From contig NC_068981.1 in NCBI RefSeq assembly GCF_001194135.2, positions 74,564,456 to 74,626,847 on the forward strand: a DNA stretch of 62,392 bases, written 5' to 3'. The translations under genes were made by a program, and so were the position numbers. The notes below the pieces were generated by a model that saw only the letters and a list, made by a program, of their open reading frames with translations, ran no database searches and had not been told where the DNA came from. Of the stretch, positions 12,493-23,501 are shown one piece after another. Origin of the DNA: Octopus bimaculoides. Taxonomy: Eukaryota. Positions within the stretch are counted from its first letter, which is position 1; every line of letters starts with the position of its first letter.

Positions 12493-12525
12493 TATAGATA
12501 TAGATAGATATATATATAGATATAG
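12395..12525. repeat. Compound (TA)n/(TAGA)n microsatellite in two similar blocks
   Basis: Directly visible. Many other (CA)n, (AG)n, (TA)n, (CTA)n (49749-49811), (AAT)n (56774-56826) and (CAT)n tracts occur across the window. Confidence 0.95.
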
Positions 12526-14791
12526 CAATGACTAGTAATACTACGAAACCGGTATGCTTGTAAATCTCTTTAACAACTCACAATAATGACTTTTTTTACC
12601 TTTATTCCTACCTCAGTTTATCTAACTGTATATAGATATCGTTACTTTTCATAAAAAGCCTTACCTTCTTTTTGATTTCCAATGTGCATTTTCTCTTATT
12701 TTTCTGCTTACTTTCCCCTTACATTTCCACGTGTAGTTTCTATTTTGTTTTTTTAACATATTTCTACTATATATATAGATATAGATTATGTTATATGTAA
12801 ACAAACATAAATTTGTTTTTAAAGTGTTGAAATGTATTGTAGAATAAGTCCGGGGTCGATTTGTTTGACTACAGGCTGGGCTCCTGCATGGCCTTAGTCA
12901 AATGACTGAAACAATTAAAAGAATATATATAGAGCTATTGACACAGGCATGGTTTTGTGGTAAGAAGTTTGCTTTCCAACCACATGGTTTCAGGATCAGT
13001 CCCATTGTATGGCACCTTGAGCTGACCAAAGCCTTGTAAGTGAGTTTGGTAGATAGAAACTGAAAGAAGCCTCTTGTATATAGTTATGTGTGCATGTGTG
13101 TGTTACATTGCATGATAGTTGTAAATGACTTTTACATCATGCATCCTTTGTTTCCAGTCTTCTATGAAAACATGTCTGGTCAAAGGGAAATATTACTTTA
13201 GTTATTGACAGGAAGGGCCTCCAGCCATAGAAAATCCACTTAAACAAATTCCGTTGGGCACAGAAAAGGGAACATTAAAACAATGATGCTTGATGCCCTT
13301 CCTAATGTTGGCCATTTTACAGTGTTTACTGGGTCAGACTGAGGATAGAAGGTTGGCACAAGTAGATTGATAAAGATGGACCAAAAACAGTCTGCTTGAA
13401 GATAGTTAGGTTTATACAGAGATGTTGCACCCTTTGCCCCCTTGTGAAATTTTGACCTCATTCAAATTTGAAACTCTTTGCTTATGATGTCTATCAACCA
13501 TCAAAAAAAATTTAATTTTAAGATCCATACCTCTATCCTTCAAATTTGTACAGTTTAAGATTCAGTATTTTTCTCAGTATAAGATGCATTTATGCCTTAA
13601 TAATTTGCCTCAGATATTAAAAAGTTTTCCCCACATTTGGCCTAATGCGTTCTCATTTTTAAGATGCAGGAATGTATGTAGCAACAATAGCAGCAACATC
13701 AGCAGCACTAACCCATATACCTCTGTATTACAGAGATAGGTGCAGCTGAGTAAAAAGTGCACGTAGTTAACAAGTGTTTTGTTGTCTTGCAGTAGCTGAT
13801 TGTACTCCTTTAGGCCTGAAGGAAGATTAAGATTACAACACTAGTTTTGAACAGAATCATTTGTAATTTGTGTTTGTCAGTCATATTATTGGCATTTTGG
13901 TCCTCTTACTATACAGTACAAATATGATGGCTAATAGAGATACATATGCAGCTATCTGTCTACCTTACTCAAAACTACTGATGACCAAATCTATCAATTC
14001 TGAAATGGGTTTGTGAAAAAGAAACCAATCAAATAATAGTGTCTATGTATGAGGTTAGGTGTTGGGTTGGATTAGGGGTGATTTGAGATACTATTTCTTT
14101 CTGTGTTGTTTAATGAAGAAATTTTTTTTATCTATTTTTATCTGAGAATTTGGGTCACTTGACAACCTCATAAATTCTTACCTCTCTTGTAAGTAACTTG
14201 GTATTTCCCTCCCAGCTCATGCTCCATCTCTCACCCTAGACTGGGGTAAGTTTGTTTTACTTCAAAACTATTTCTCCCATCCCATTTAAACCATTTTTGT
14301 TGTTGTTCTTTTTAAAACTTTATTCATTTATTTTTTTTTGTTGCTATTTTTATTTTGACCCAATGACTGGTGGGGTGGGGAGGGAACTTAAATACAACAA
14401 ATTGTTCAATAATGGGCCACTTAACTTTTATGATTGTTGTTGAATAAATATATCAGCATTTTAGCTGGCATTTTATTTCAGAGCATATTACAAATGATTA
14501 CTGTCATTGGATGATAATGGCAATGATAATGATGAAAATAACGGTAATGGATGTGATATTGGTTGTAATAATAATTGTGGCTTGACGGCAAGGAACTATA
14601 TTTGTAATCTGTTGACTATGTCATGGTTTGCTGCTTTCTCAAATGCACTTGCCTTAGCTGTGGATGTGTGCCATTGATGTAATATCCACTTTCATATCTT
14701 CCTTTAGTCTCCTCATTTGTTTGCAAGTATTACATGCTTCTATAGCATGTGGATGATTTCAGCAGTTTCGTATTCTTTTATTACTGGTTTC

Positions 14792-15458
14792 GGATCTATT
14801 TTAAAACGGGGGCGCCAGTTTTCATTTATGTTTTATGTAGTGTTTTTGGTACGGAAAGACTTTCAAACTTCGTATACTTATCTATTTTGTGTTATAGAAC
14901 AGAAAAAAATTTTTGTATTGGAATTTATTTCATGTAAAAAATTGTCTTATTTCGATAATTTCTACTAATCACTGACGTCTATTCAGTTGAAAACAGTTAG
15001 CGCTGTAACGGTGTATATCGTATTAATCCCCAAACCCTAACACTAACCCTAACTAGACTGTTAACCGTAACAGTAACCCTAACCCTAAAACTAACCCTAA
15101 CTCGAGAATCCGAACTCTAAAATTGTTACACACATAGATACGCACAGCGTAATTTATTATATAAACAATATATGCGTATAAATTACGATTAAACTGGATG
15201 AAATATGTCACAGGGAATAACATTTTTATGACCACCCAGCAGTAACTCTATTGAGCTGAATAGACGTCAGTGATTGGTTGAAATTACAGAAATACGACAA
15301 CTTTAACATGGAATAACTTGCGAATTCCTTTTTTTTGTTAAGAAGACTATGAGTAAAAGATGTTTTATATGACACATTCTACCAGTGTCCCAAATTTCAA
15401 AGTGTTTCATTAGTGTTTCGTTAAGAAAATACTGGCGCCCCCGTTTTAAAATAGATCC
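14792..15458. mobile_element. MITE with perfect 28-bp TIRs and 8-bp TSD (Merlin-like)
   Basis: TIR GGATCTATTTTAAAACGGGGGCGCCAGT at 14792-14819 with its exact reverse complement at 15431-15458. TSD CTGGTTTC at 14784-14791 and 15459-15466. Inner IR of about 54 bp (14938-14991 / 15251-15304). Degenerate (TAACCC)n at about 15030-15102. Confidence 0.92.
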
Positions 15459-16273
15459 CTGGTTTCAATTGTTGGATTGTGTCCATACTGGCACACTGCT
15501 TTCAAGGGTTTAATCTCCCTCTATATGTTGCTTATATCAGGAATAAACGACAGTAAACTTAGGTGTAGTTTGTTTGCTTCAAATTTTGAATGTTAGTTGT
15601 TGTATGGAGGTGGTGGGCCAATTGTGTTTCAGAATAATGGTTAAAACATCTTTGATATACAAGAGCTTAAAGTAGTGATTGAGTGAATCAAAGTATGGCA
15701 GAAAAAAAGTGTATGAGACTGTTGGAGAGAGTGGAAGTTCCAGAGAGAGAGAGAGAGAGAAAAGATGATAGTTCCACACCCACTCTGCATCACTGAGTGT
15801 TACTGAGTAAAAGAGAATGTGTTAGCAACCTAAGTTGTGAGTAAGACAAAAAGAAAAAAGCCTGAATTATTTGAAGGGGAAAGACATTAATATAGGTTGT
15901 TGAATTCTGGTATATGTAAAATAACAAATACACCAATTTGGAGGAATGTAGGTGGAGGTTTGGGTGTGTGTTAGAGAAGTTTGCTTCCCAACTATGTGCT
16001 TTGGGGCTCAGTTCCACTGCATGACAACATGTCATGTTTTCTAATGTAGCCCCAGGCGGACCAAATTCTTGAGTAGATTGGGGAGATGAAAACTGAAATA
16101 AGCCCATCATATATATACACAGTAGTATAGTGTATGTGCGTGCATGTGTATACTTCCTTATCTTGACTGTGTGATGGTTGTGAGTATCATCATCATACAA
16201 GTGTTGTCATTCGTTTCCTGTCTTCATAAAACCTTATCTGGTCACAAGGAAGCATTTATTACTTTTCTTGGTG

Positions 16274-16930
16274 ACAGGGAGGACATATTGGTTGTAAAAA
16301 AAAAAAAAAAAAAANNNNNNNNNNNNNNNNNNNNNNNNNNNNNNNNNNNNNNNNNNNNNNNNNNNNNNNNNNNNNNNNNNNNNNNNNNNNNNNNNNNNNN
16401 NNNNNNNNNNNNNNNNNNNNNNNNNNNNNNNNNNNNNNNNNNNNNNNNNNNNNNNNNNNNNNNNNNNNNNNNNNNNNNNNNNNNNNNNNNNNNNNNNNNN
16501 NNNNNNNNNNNNNNNNNNNNNNNNNNNNNNNNNNNNNNNNNNNNNNNNNNNNNNNNNNNNNNNNNNNNNNNNNNNNNNNNNNNNNNNNNNNNNNNNNNNN
16601 NNNNNNNNNNNNNNNNNNNNNNNNNNNNNNNNNNNNNNNNNNNNNNNNNNNNNNNNNNNNNNNNNNNNNNNNNNNNNNNNNNNNNNNNNNNNNNNNNNNN
16701 NNNNNNNNNNNNNNNNNNNNNNNNNNNNNNNNNNNNNNNNNNNNNNNNNNNNNNNAATAATCAATATCTGCCTCAGTGTATTCCACCTGATCCAGGGAGG
16801 ACATATTGGTTGTAAAAAAAATAATCAAAATCTGCCTCAGTGAATTCCACCTGATCCAGGGAGGACATATTGGTTGTAAAAAAATAATAATCAAAATCTG
16901 CCTCAGTGAATTCCATCTGATCCATGCAAA
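16274..16930 (+). repeat. Tandem array of a unit of about 62 bp (AATCTGCCTCAGTGAATTCCACCTGATCCAGGGAGGACATATTGGTTGTAAAAAA) spanning a gap
   Basis: Three units at 16756-16925, and the same motif enters the gap at 16274-16314. Confidence 0.8.
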
Positions 16931-18250
16931 CATGGAAAAGTGAAAAATTAAATTGATGATAATAATGATGATGATCATGTACGTGCAGGTATTGCTGTGT
17001 GGTTAAAATGATTCACTCAGCTATATTGTTTCGAGTTCAGTCCCACTGTACCACCTCTTGGGAAAGTGTATTCTATTAACTATATCCCCAGGCTGACCAA
17101 TGCCTAGTGAGTATGTGTGCAAATCTGGACAAGACATTTTGAGGAAGCCTTGTTGTTGCTTATGCATATGAGTTTCTCCTTCCTGTTCCCACCCTGATGT
17201 TTATCCAAGAGATGGGTTGCCACTTTAAACCAGTACAATTTATCACCAATGGCCATCTCAGTTGTTTCTATCAACACATAAAGCAAAAATAAGTACCACA
17301 AGGGCATTTTGCTTGACCTTCTAACAATTCTGCTAATCCACTTACCCTGGGTTTGTTCTTTCATTATAATCATCATCATCATCATCATCATCATCATTAT
17401 GATAAGGCAGCGATCTGGCAGCATCATTAGCACACTGGGTGAAATGCTTAGTGGTTGGTATTTCACCCATTGCTACGTTTTGAGTTCAAATTCTGCCAAG
17501 GTTGACTTTGCCTTTCATCCTTTGAGGTTGATAAATTAAGTACCTGTGAAATGTAATCAACTAGTCCACCCACCAAAAGTTGCTGCCTTTGTGGCAAAAT
17601 TTGAATTCATTATTATCATTATTATGATGGCTGGGTTCCAACCCAGGCTGCAGCAACAAAATCTTTCATCAACAAGCCTCGAAAGGATGAAAGGTAAAAT
17701 TGGCATCAGTTTGATTGAACTTAGAGTGCATGTAGCTGAAATCCCATCATTCATGGCATAGTATAAAATGCATGTTTATTTCCCCAAAAAGATTTTTAAA
17801 AAATCAGCCTTGGTTCTATATGCAAGGTTATGCCTAATTTACATGCTTTAATGCTCTAGGTTTGTAGGTATTTTAAAAATATCTTATGAAGTGCCGACTG
17901 TGCTTGCATAGTTATGGGCTGCCCTTTGGCAAAGCCTAGCACCCATTCAGCCACTCTGGTACAGGGATATGGTGAAATCCTGGGATTGCAGATTGTGAAG
18001 AGGTAGTGGAAGAGTTCAACTGAGCCAACAGTGCTTCTTACATTGATGCTGAGTGGAAGAAACCTAAAAGATCAATGGTCGAGATAACCAAGCTCTGTCG
18101 AGAGAGTAACTACAATGCTTCCATAGAGGAGGGGTGGCATCTGTGGTTGTGTAATCACCTAATCAAAAGAGTCATTATGACTTGAGCTCCCAATTCAAAT
18201 TCATAATAATGAAATTTGGATGGTGACAGAGAGTCATGGGAATCTGCAAT

Positions 18251-18639
18251 GTTGTTGTTGGCATTCCGTCGCTTATGACGTCGAGGGTTCCAGTTGATCC
18301 GATCAACAGAACAGCCTGCTTGTGAAATTAACGTGCAAGTGGCTGAGCACTCCACAGATACGTGTACCCTTAACGTTGTTCTCGGGGATATTCAGCGTGA
18401 CACAATGTGACAAGGCTGACCCTTTGAATTACAGGCACAACAAAAACAGGAAGTAAGAGTGAGAGAAAGTTGTGGTGAAAGAGTACAGCAGGGTTCACCA
18501 CCATCCCCTGCCGGAGCCTCGTGGAGCTTTAGCTGTTTTCGCTCAGTAAACACTCACAACGCCTGGTCTGGGAATCAAAACTGTGATCCTATGACCGCGA
18601 ATCCACTGCCCTAATCACTGGGCCATTGCGCCTCCACAA
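18251..18639 (-). mobile_element. SINE family D (GTGGAGGCGCAATGG head), tail ending (AAC)n, 13-bp TSD
   Basis: TSD GGGAATCTGCAAT at 18238-18250 and 18640-18652. tRNA-like A and B boxes (CAGTGATTAGG; GTTTTGATTCCC). Confidence 0.88.
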
Positions 18640-18781
18640 GGGAATCTGCAATAGCAGTAAGAAAATAATAAATTCACTAAAAATGCTGAAATTGGAATGC
18701 ACCTGATATACCTGTGCATCTTTTATGCCATCAGATATGGTCAATACCATGACGTATTCTATGCAATAACTAACTTGCAGT

Positions 18782-19013
18782 AGGGCGGCGAGCTGGCAGA
18801 ATTGTTAGCACACCGGGCAAAATGCGTAGCAGTATTTTTTCTGCTGTTACGTTCTGAGTTCAAATTCCATCAAGGTCGACTTTGCCTTTCATCCTTTTGG
18901 GGTCGATAAATAAGTATCAGTTATGCACTGGGGGCGATGTAATCGACTTAATCCCTTTGTCTATCCTTGTTTGTCCCCTCTATGTTTAGCCCCCTGTGGG
19001 CAATAAAGAAATA
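18782..19013 (+). mobile_element. SINE family B, alternative tail (...ATCCCTTTGTC...GGGCAATAAAGAAATAA), 17-bp TSD
   Basis: Head GGGCGGCGAGCTGGCAGAA and B box GAGTTCAAATTCC. TSD AATAACTAACTTGCAGT at 18765-18781 and 19014-19030. Confidence 0.9.
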
Positions 19014-19064
19014 AATAACTAACTTGCAGTTACAATTATCATCGTTGTTTTTAAAGTGCAGTTT

Positions 19065-19281
19065 TCTATGCTTGCATGACTTGGATGGAATTTATTGAGG
19101 TGGAATTTCTACAACCAGGTGCACTTCCTGTCATTAACCTTCACCTGTTTCCGAGTAAGGCAATATTTCCCCATGCCAGACATGCTTTACACAGAAGACA
19201 GTAAATAAAGGACATCACTTGTATGTTAGTGACATTCATTTACAATTAATGTGTGATGTCAAGGCAACAAAACAGTAACAC

Positions 19282-19322
<41 letters not shown>

Positions 19323-19490
19323 ACACACACTCACACCCACACACACTGTCTACCATATCCACTCAGAAAGCTTTACTCTGCCAGGTGCTACAGTAGAAGA
19401 CATTTGCCAAGGTGCCATTCAATGGGACTGAACCCAAAACCATGTGGTTGGGAAACACATTTCTTCATCACACAGCCATACGTGCACATA
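19065..19490 (-). mobile_element. SINE family A head joined to tail 2 (RTE-like GAT-ended tail)
   Basis: Head at about 19350-19490. The tail contains CATGTCTGGCATGGGGAAATATTGCCTTACTCGGAAACAGGTGAAGG. The same architecture occurs at about 12945-13290, 15945-16980 and 20205-20615 (all +). Confidence 0.7.
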
Positions 19491-21783
19491 AGTATAAAAT
19501 TATAAATGCATAAAATTGCAAAATGGATAAAGTTATAAAAATTCCGTACTTACATTCATACATATTTGTAAATACCAAATTTTAATGAATATGAGTATTA
19601 TTTGATATATGACCAAATAAAGTCAGCCTTATCTGGGTCACTTTGTATATATATAATGTTACTGGCTAGTCAAAGTGTCAACATAGCTGAATTTGTGAAA
19701 TATTAGTCTAAGGGAGTAAAGGGAAGAAGCTTCAAAGACACTAATTTATAGGTTGTAAGTTTATCCTAGCAAACAATATAAGATATATATAAAGGGATCA
19801 TGTTTTTTTTTTTTACTTTAATCTCAACCACTTGTGTCAGTGTGACTTAATTCCCTTGAATACTGTGTGATGGTCATGGAGGGTAGAACAGAAGGATAGG
19901 CNNNNNNNNNNNNNNNNNNNNNNNNNNNNNNNNNNNNNNNNNNNNNNNNNNNNNNNNNNNNNNTATATATCATTATAAAACAAGTTTTAAATTGTTGAAG
20001 ATGTCTGGTGTTATAAGATGAGAGAGAGGAAGGGAGACCTACAGTGTAAGCTAATGTACTTCAAAACATTTAACTGAGTGAATCAGGCTGTTAGTTTAAC
20101 CTCTTTCATTGTTGTGGCATTTTTACAAGAAGATAAGACTGTGTCTGAAACAGCTAACCCAGACCTTTGTATATGCATGTGTGTGTGTGTGTGTGTGTGT
20201 GTGTGACTTAGCAGTATGGTTAAGAAGTTTGCTTCTCAACCATGTGGTTTTGTGTTTAGTTCTACTACATGGTACTTTAGGTAAGTGTCTTTTACTAGAG
20301 TGTTGGCTCGACCAATGCGTGATTTTGGTACCCAGAAACTGAAAATAGGCCACACACATGAGAAGCTTGTTTCCAGTTTTTTCCCTTGTCTTGACATCGT
20401 GTAGTTACTGTAAACAAACTTTACCTTCATACAAGAAGTAATGTTTATTTGCAACTCTTCTGAAGAACATGTCCAGACTAGTAGTGGGTGGGGATAGTCT
20501 TGCTTGGAAACAGATGCTGGTTGGTGATAGAAGCACCCAACTGTAGAAAATCTGCCACACTGAATCTCATCTGACTATGAAAACATGGCAAAGTTGATTT
20601 TAAAATGATGATGACATATGTATGTCTGTCAGTCTGTTTGTGTGTAAATAAATAAATAAAATTTGGCTATCTCAGAAAGGTACTTAAATATTGGTATGAC
20701 TCCTACCATGTCAGAGATCCTTGGACCAGTGATCCAAGGCTAAGGATAGTTCACTTTGTTCAGATGGAGGGGAGGAAGAACAGAATAGAAACCCTGTATG
20801 CTCCCCCATAAGGTTGTGTAGTTTACCATAACCAAAACCATACTGGAGCACCACTTTCAAAATGTGAGAGGAATTGATTTCTTTTACTGTTTGTACTAAG
20901 CAAAATATATGTTATGTGATACTAATAACTATTATATTGAGATACTAATTTACTGATTTGGTGTTCCTGAAGCCAAACCTTACAACAGGCATTGTCTTTT
21001 TGGACAAGGTACATGACTGTGGGATTCTTTCCACTCTTGAAGTAAGTTATCAATCTCCATGTTTCAATAATGTTCTATATTTTTCACTTTCATGAACTCC
21101 CCACTCATACACCCTGGGAAATCTGCTACCATTTCATTTATATTCACATCCTTGTACCTTGACAGTCCTGGCACATCACCAACATTTCTCTCTCTCTCTC
21201 TCATTAGGGTAACCATGTATTTCTTCTACAGCAAGATACTTGTCTCTGTTCCTTTGTCATACTCTGACCTCTCATCACTGGACACAAAACTACCTCCTCC
21301 TTTACCTCTCCTCCTCTCAACTGAGGGAACTTTGTCATGTAAGTTACTTGGTGACCTCACCAGTGCTGTTGCCATGCAAAAAGCATCCAGTTATAAAACC
21401 ATGCCAAAGCAGATAGTGCAGCTTGGCACAGTTCTCTGACTTACTAGATCTTGGAAAATCGTCCAGCCCATGCCAACATGAAAGATGAATGATGAGGATG
21501 ATGGTGATATATACTCTCCCTCTCAATGAATAATAAATTTGTTTTATCCAAGAAATTAATTTTCCATTCCTTTAATAATTTTAGAGGTAAAATACATGGA
21601 AAGCTTTTAAGTAATTTATTTGAATTACTACCAGCTGGCCTTCCTCAGTATATTAATGCCCTCTCATAAATAAATAATTAAAACATTTCAAGGTGAGAGA
21701 TAGGACACTTAGTTAAATTTTTATAACTGGTCTATATGATCAAGCAAATATATTTTTATTATCTTTTGGGTATTAGGATAATT

Positions 21784-22068
21784 GTGGAGGCACAATGGCT
21801 CAGTGGTTAGGGCGGTGGACTTGCGCTCAGAGGATTGCGGTTTCGATTCCCAGACCGGGCGTTGTGTGTGTTTATTGAGCAAAAACTTCTAAAGCTCCAT
21901 GAGGCTCCGGCAAGGGGTGGTGGCAACCTCTGTTGTACTCTTTTGGCCCAACTTTCTCTCACTCTTTCTTCCTGTTTCTTGAGTAACGCTGCAATGGACT
22001 GGCATCCCATCCAGCTGGGGGGAACACATACGCCATAGAAATTGGGAAACCGGGCCCATGAGCCCTTG
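21784..22068 (+). mobile_element. SINE family D, alternative tail (CTGCAATGGACTGGCATCCCATCCAG...)
   Basis: Shares about 190 bp of head and body with 18251-18639, then diverges after CTTCCTGTTT. A box CAGTGGTTAGG, B box GTTTCGATTCCC. Confidence 0.85.
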
Positions 22069-22929
22069 CCAAACTCATGGAAGGTGGACATTGGATGATG
22101 ATCATATATATATAAACAAATACATGTAGTGTGAGTTACGTACAATATGATTGTGACTTCATTTGACATATCTGAAGTGATAGTTATAAAAGGATCTACT
22201 GATGAAAATATATTTTCTGAAAGTTAATTATTTCATACTTTTTTCTCATTTTCATCACCAAATAAGAAAATCTTGTAACAGTTTAATTTCTATCCACCAT
22301 TTCAAGTCTGTGTGCATGCATACATACAAACATCTTTCTGTTTCTTCCCCTAAACATACACACACACACACAACAATAATAATAATGATAATATGCTTGA
22401 TACATACTGCTTTTTCATGATTAAGTTTTGCAAAAAATTGTGCATTCTTCAGAAAAAAGATTTGTGTGTGTGTGTACGTGTTCCTATAATTCATATCTAA
22501 TGCATATGTGTTTGCATGTGTATATTCATGTACATGTGTATGTGTGTGTTATACAAATATGCATACACACACAAAAAATATCTTACCCAAATTTACACCT
22601 TGAAGAGGAAGCTTACAATCTGGCTGCTGTATGTATGTATCTTTATGTTTGTTCCCTATCACCCACTAGACAACCATAACTTAACAATTCAGCATTATAT
22701 TGACCATCTATATAACAGCTGCCAAAGGTCATTGATATAGTTATGAATATAAATGCACAAGCCATGTATATGACAAACTGTTTGAAACATGTTTTATAAA
22801 GAAAACAACAACAAAAGATCTCTCTCCACTACTGCCAGCAGCAGCAGCACTTATGTCACTACTATAAACATTTTATTCATTTGTATAATCTATTTATGAA
22901 ATGTTTGTGTTGTTTTATATCTGATACCA

Positions 22930-23162
22930 TTTGCTTGTTTTTGTCATTGGATTGTGGTCATGCTGGGGCACTACCTTGAAGAGTTTTATTTGAATGAATT
23001 GACCCCAGTACTTTTTTTTATTATTATTATGCCTAGTACTTGTTCCATAGGTCTTTTATGCCGAATTTTTAAGTTATGGTCGTCTAGTGGTGATAGGGAA
23101 CAAACATAACGATACATACATGCAAACACACACACACACAAACATATACGTACACACGCACA

Positions 23163-23208
<46 letters not shown>

Positions 23209-23501
23209 NNNNNNNNNNCAAAAAAGAAAAACGACAAAAAAACATCAAAAAACAACAAGCGAGGACGTGATACAGATATTGTGTTATTGGACGCTCGGGA
23301 AAGGAAAGAAAGAGACACATACATACACATGTACACATATACAGATGATGCGCTTTTTTCAGTTTCTCTTTATCAAATCCACTCACAAAGCTTTGGTTGG
23401 CCTGGAGTTATAGTAGACGATTCTTACCTAAGGTGCCATGCAGTGGAGTTGAACCTGGAACCATGAGGTTGGGAGGCAAACTTTTTACCTCACAGCCATG
23501 C
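22930..23501 (-). mobile_element. SINE family A, full length (small gap in the central microsatellite)
   Basis: Head at about 23350-23501 and tail 1 at about 22930-23120. Confidence 0.8.

Noticed and set aside
15030-15102. Interstitial telomere or chromosome-fusion scar
   Set aside because: The TAACCC tract is degenerate and lies inside a TIR/TSD-bounded element, so transposition explains it.
21784-21865. tRNA-like sequences (also 18560-18637 and 55993-56065)
   Set aside because: They have A and B boxes but no complete cloverleaf, and they continue into SINE bodies. These are SINE heads, not tRNA genes.
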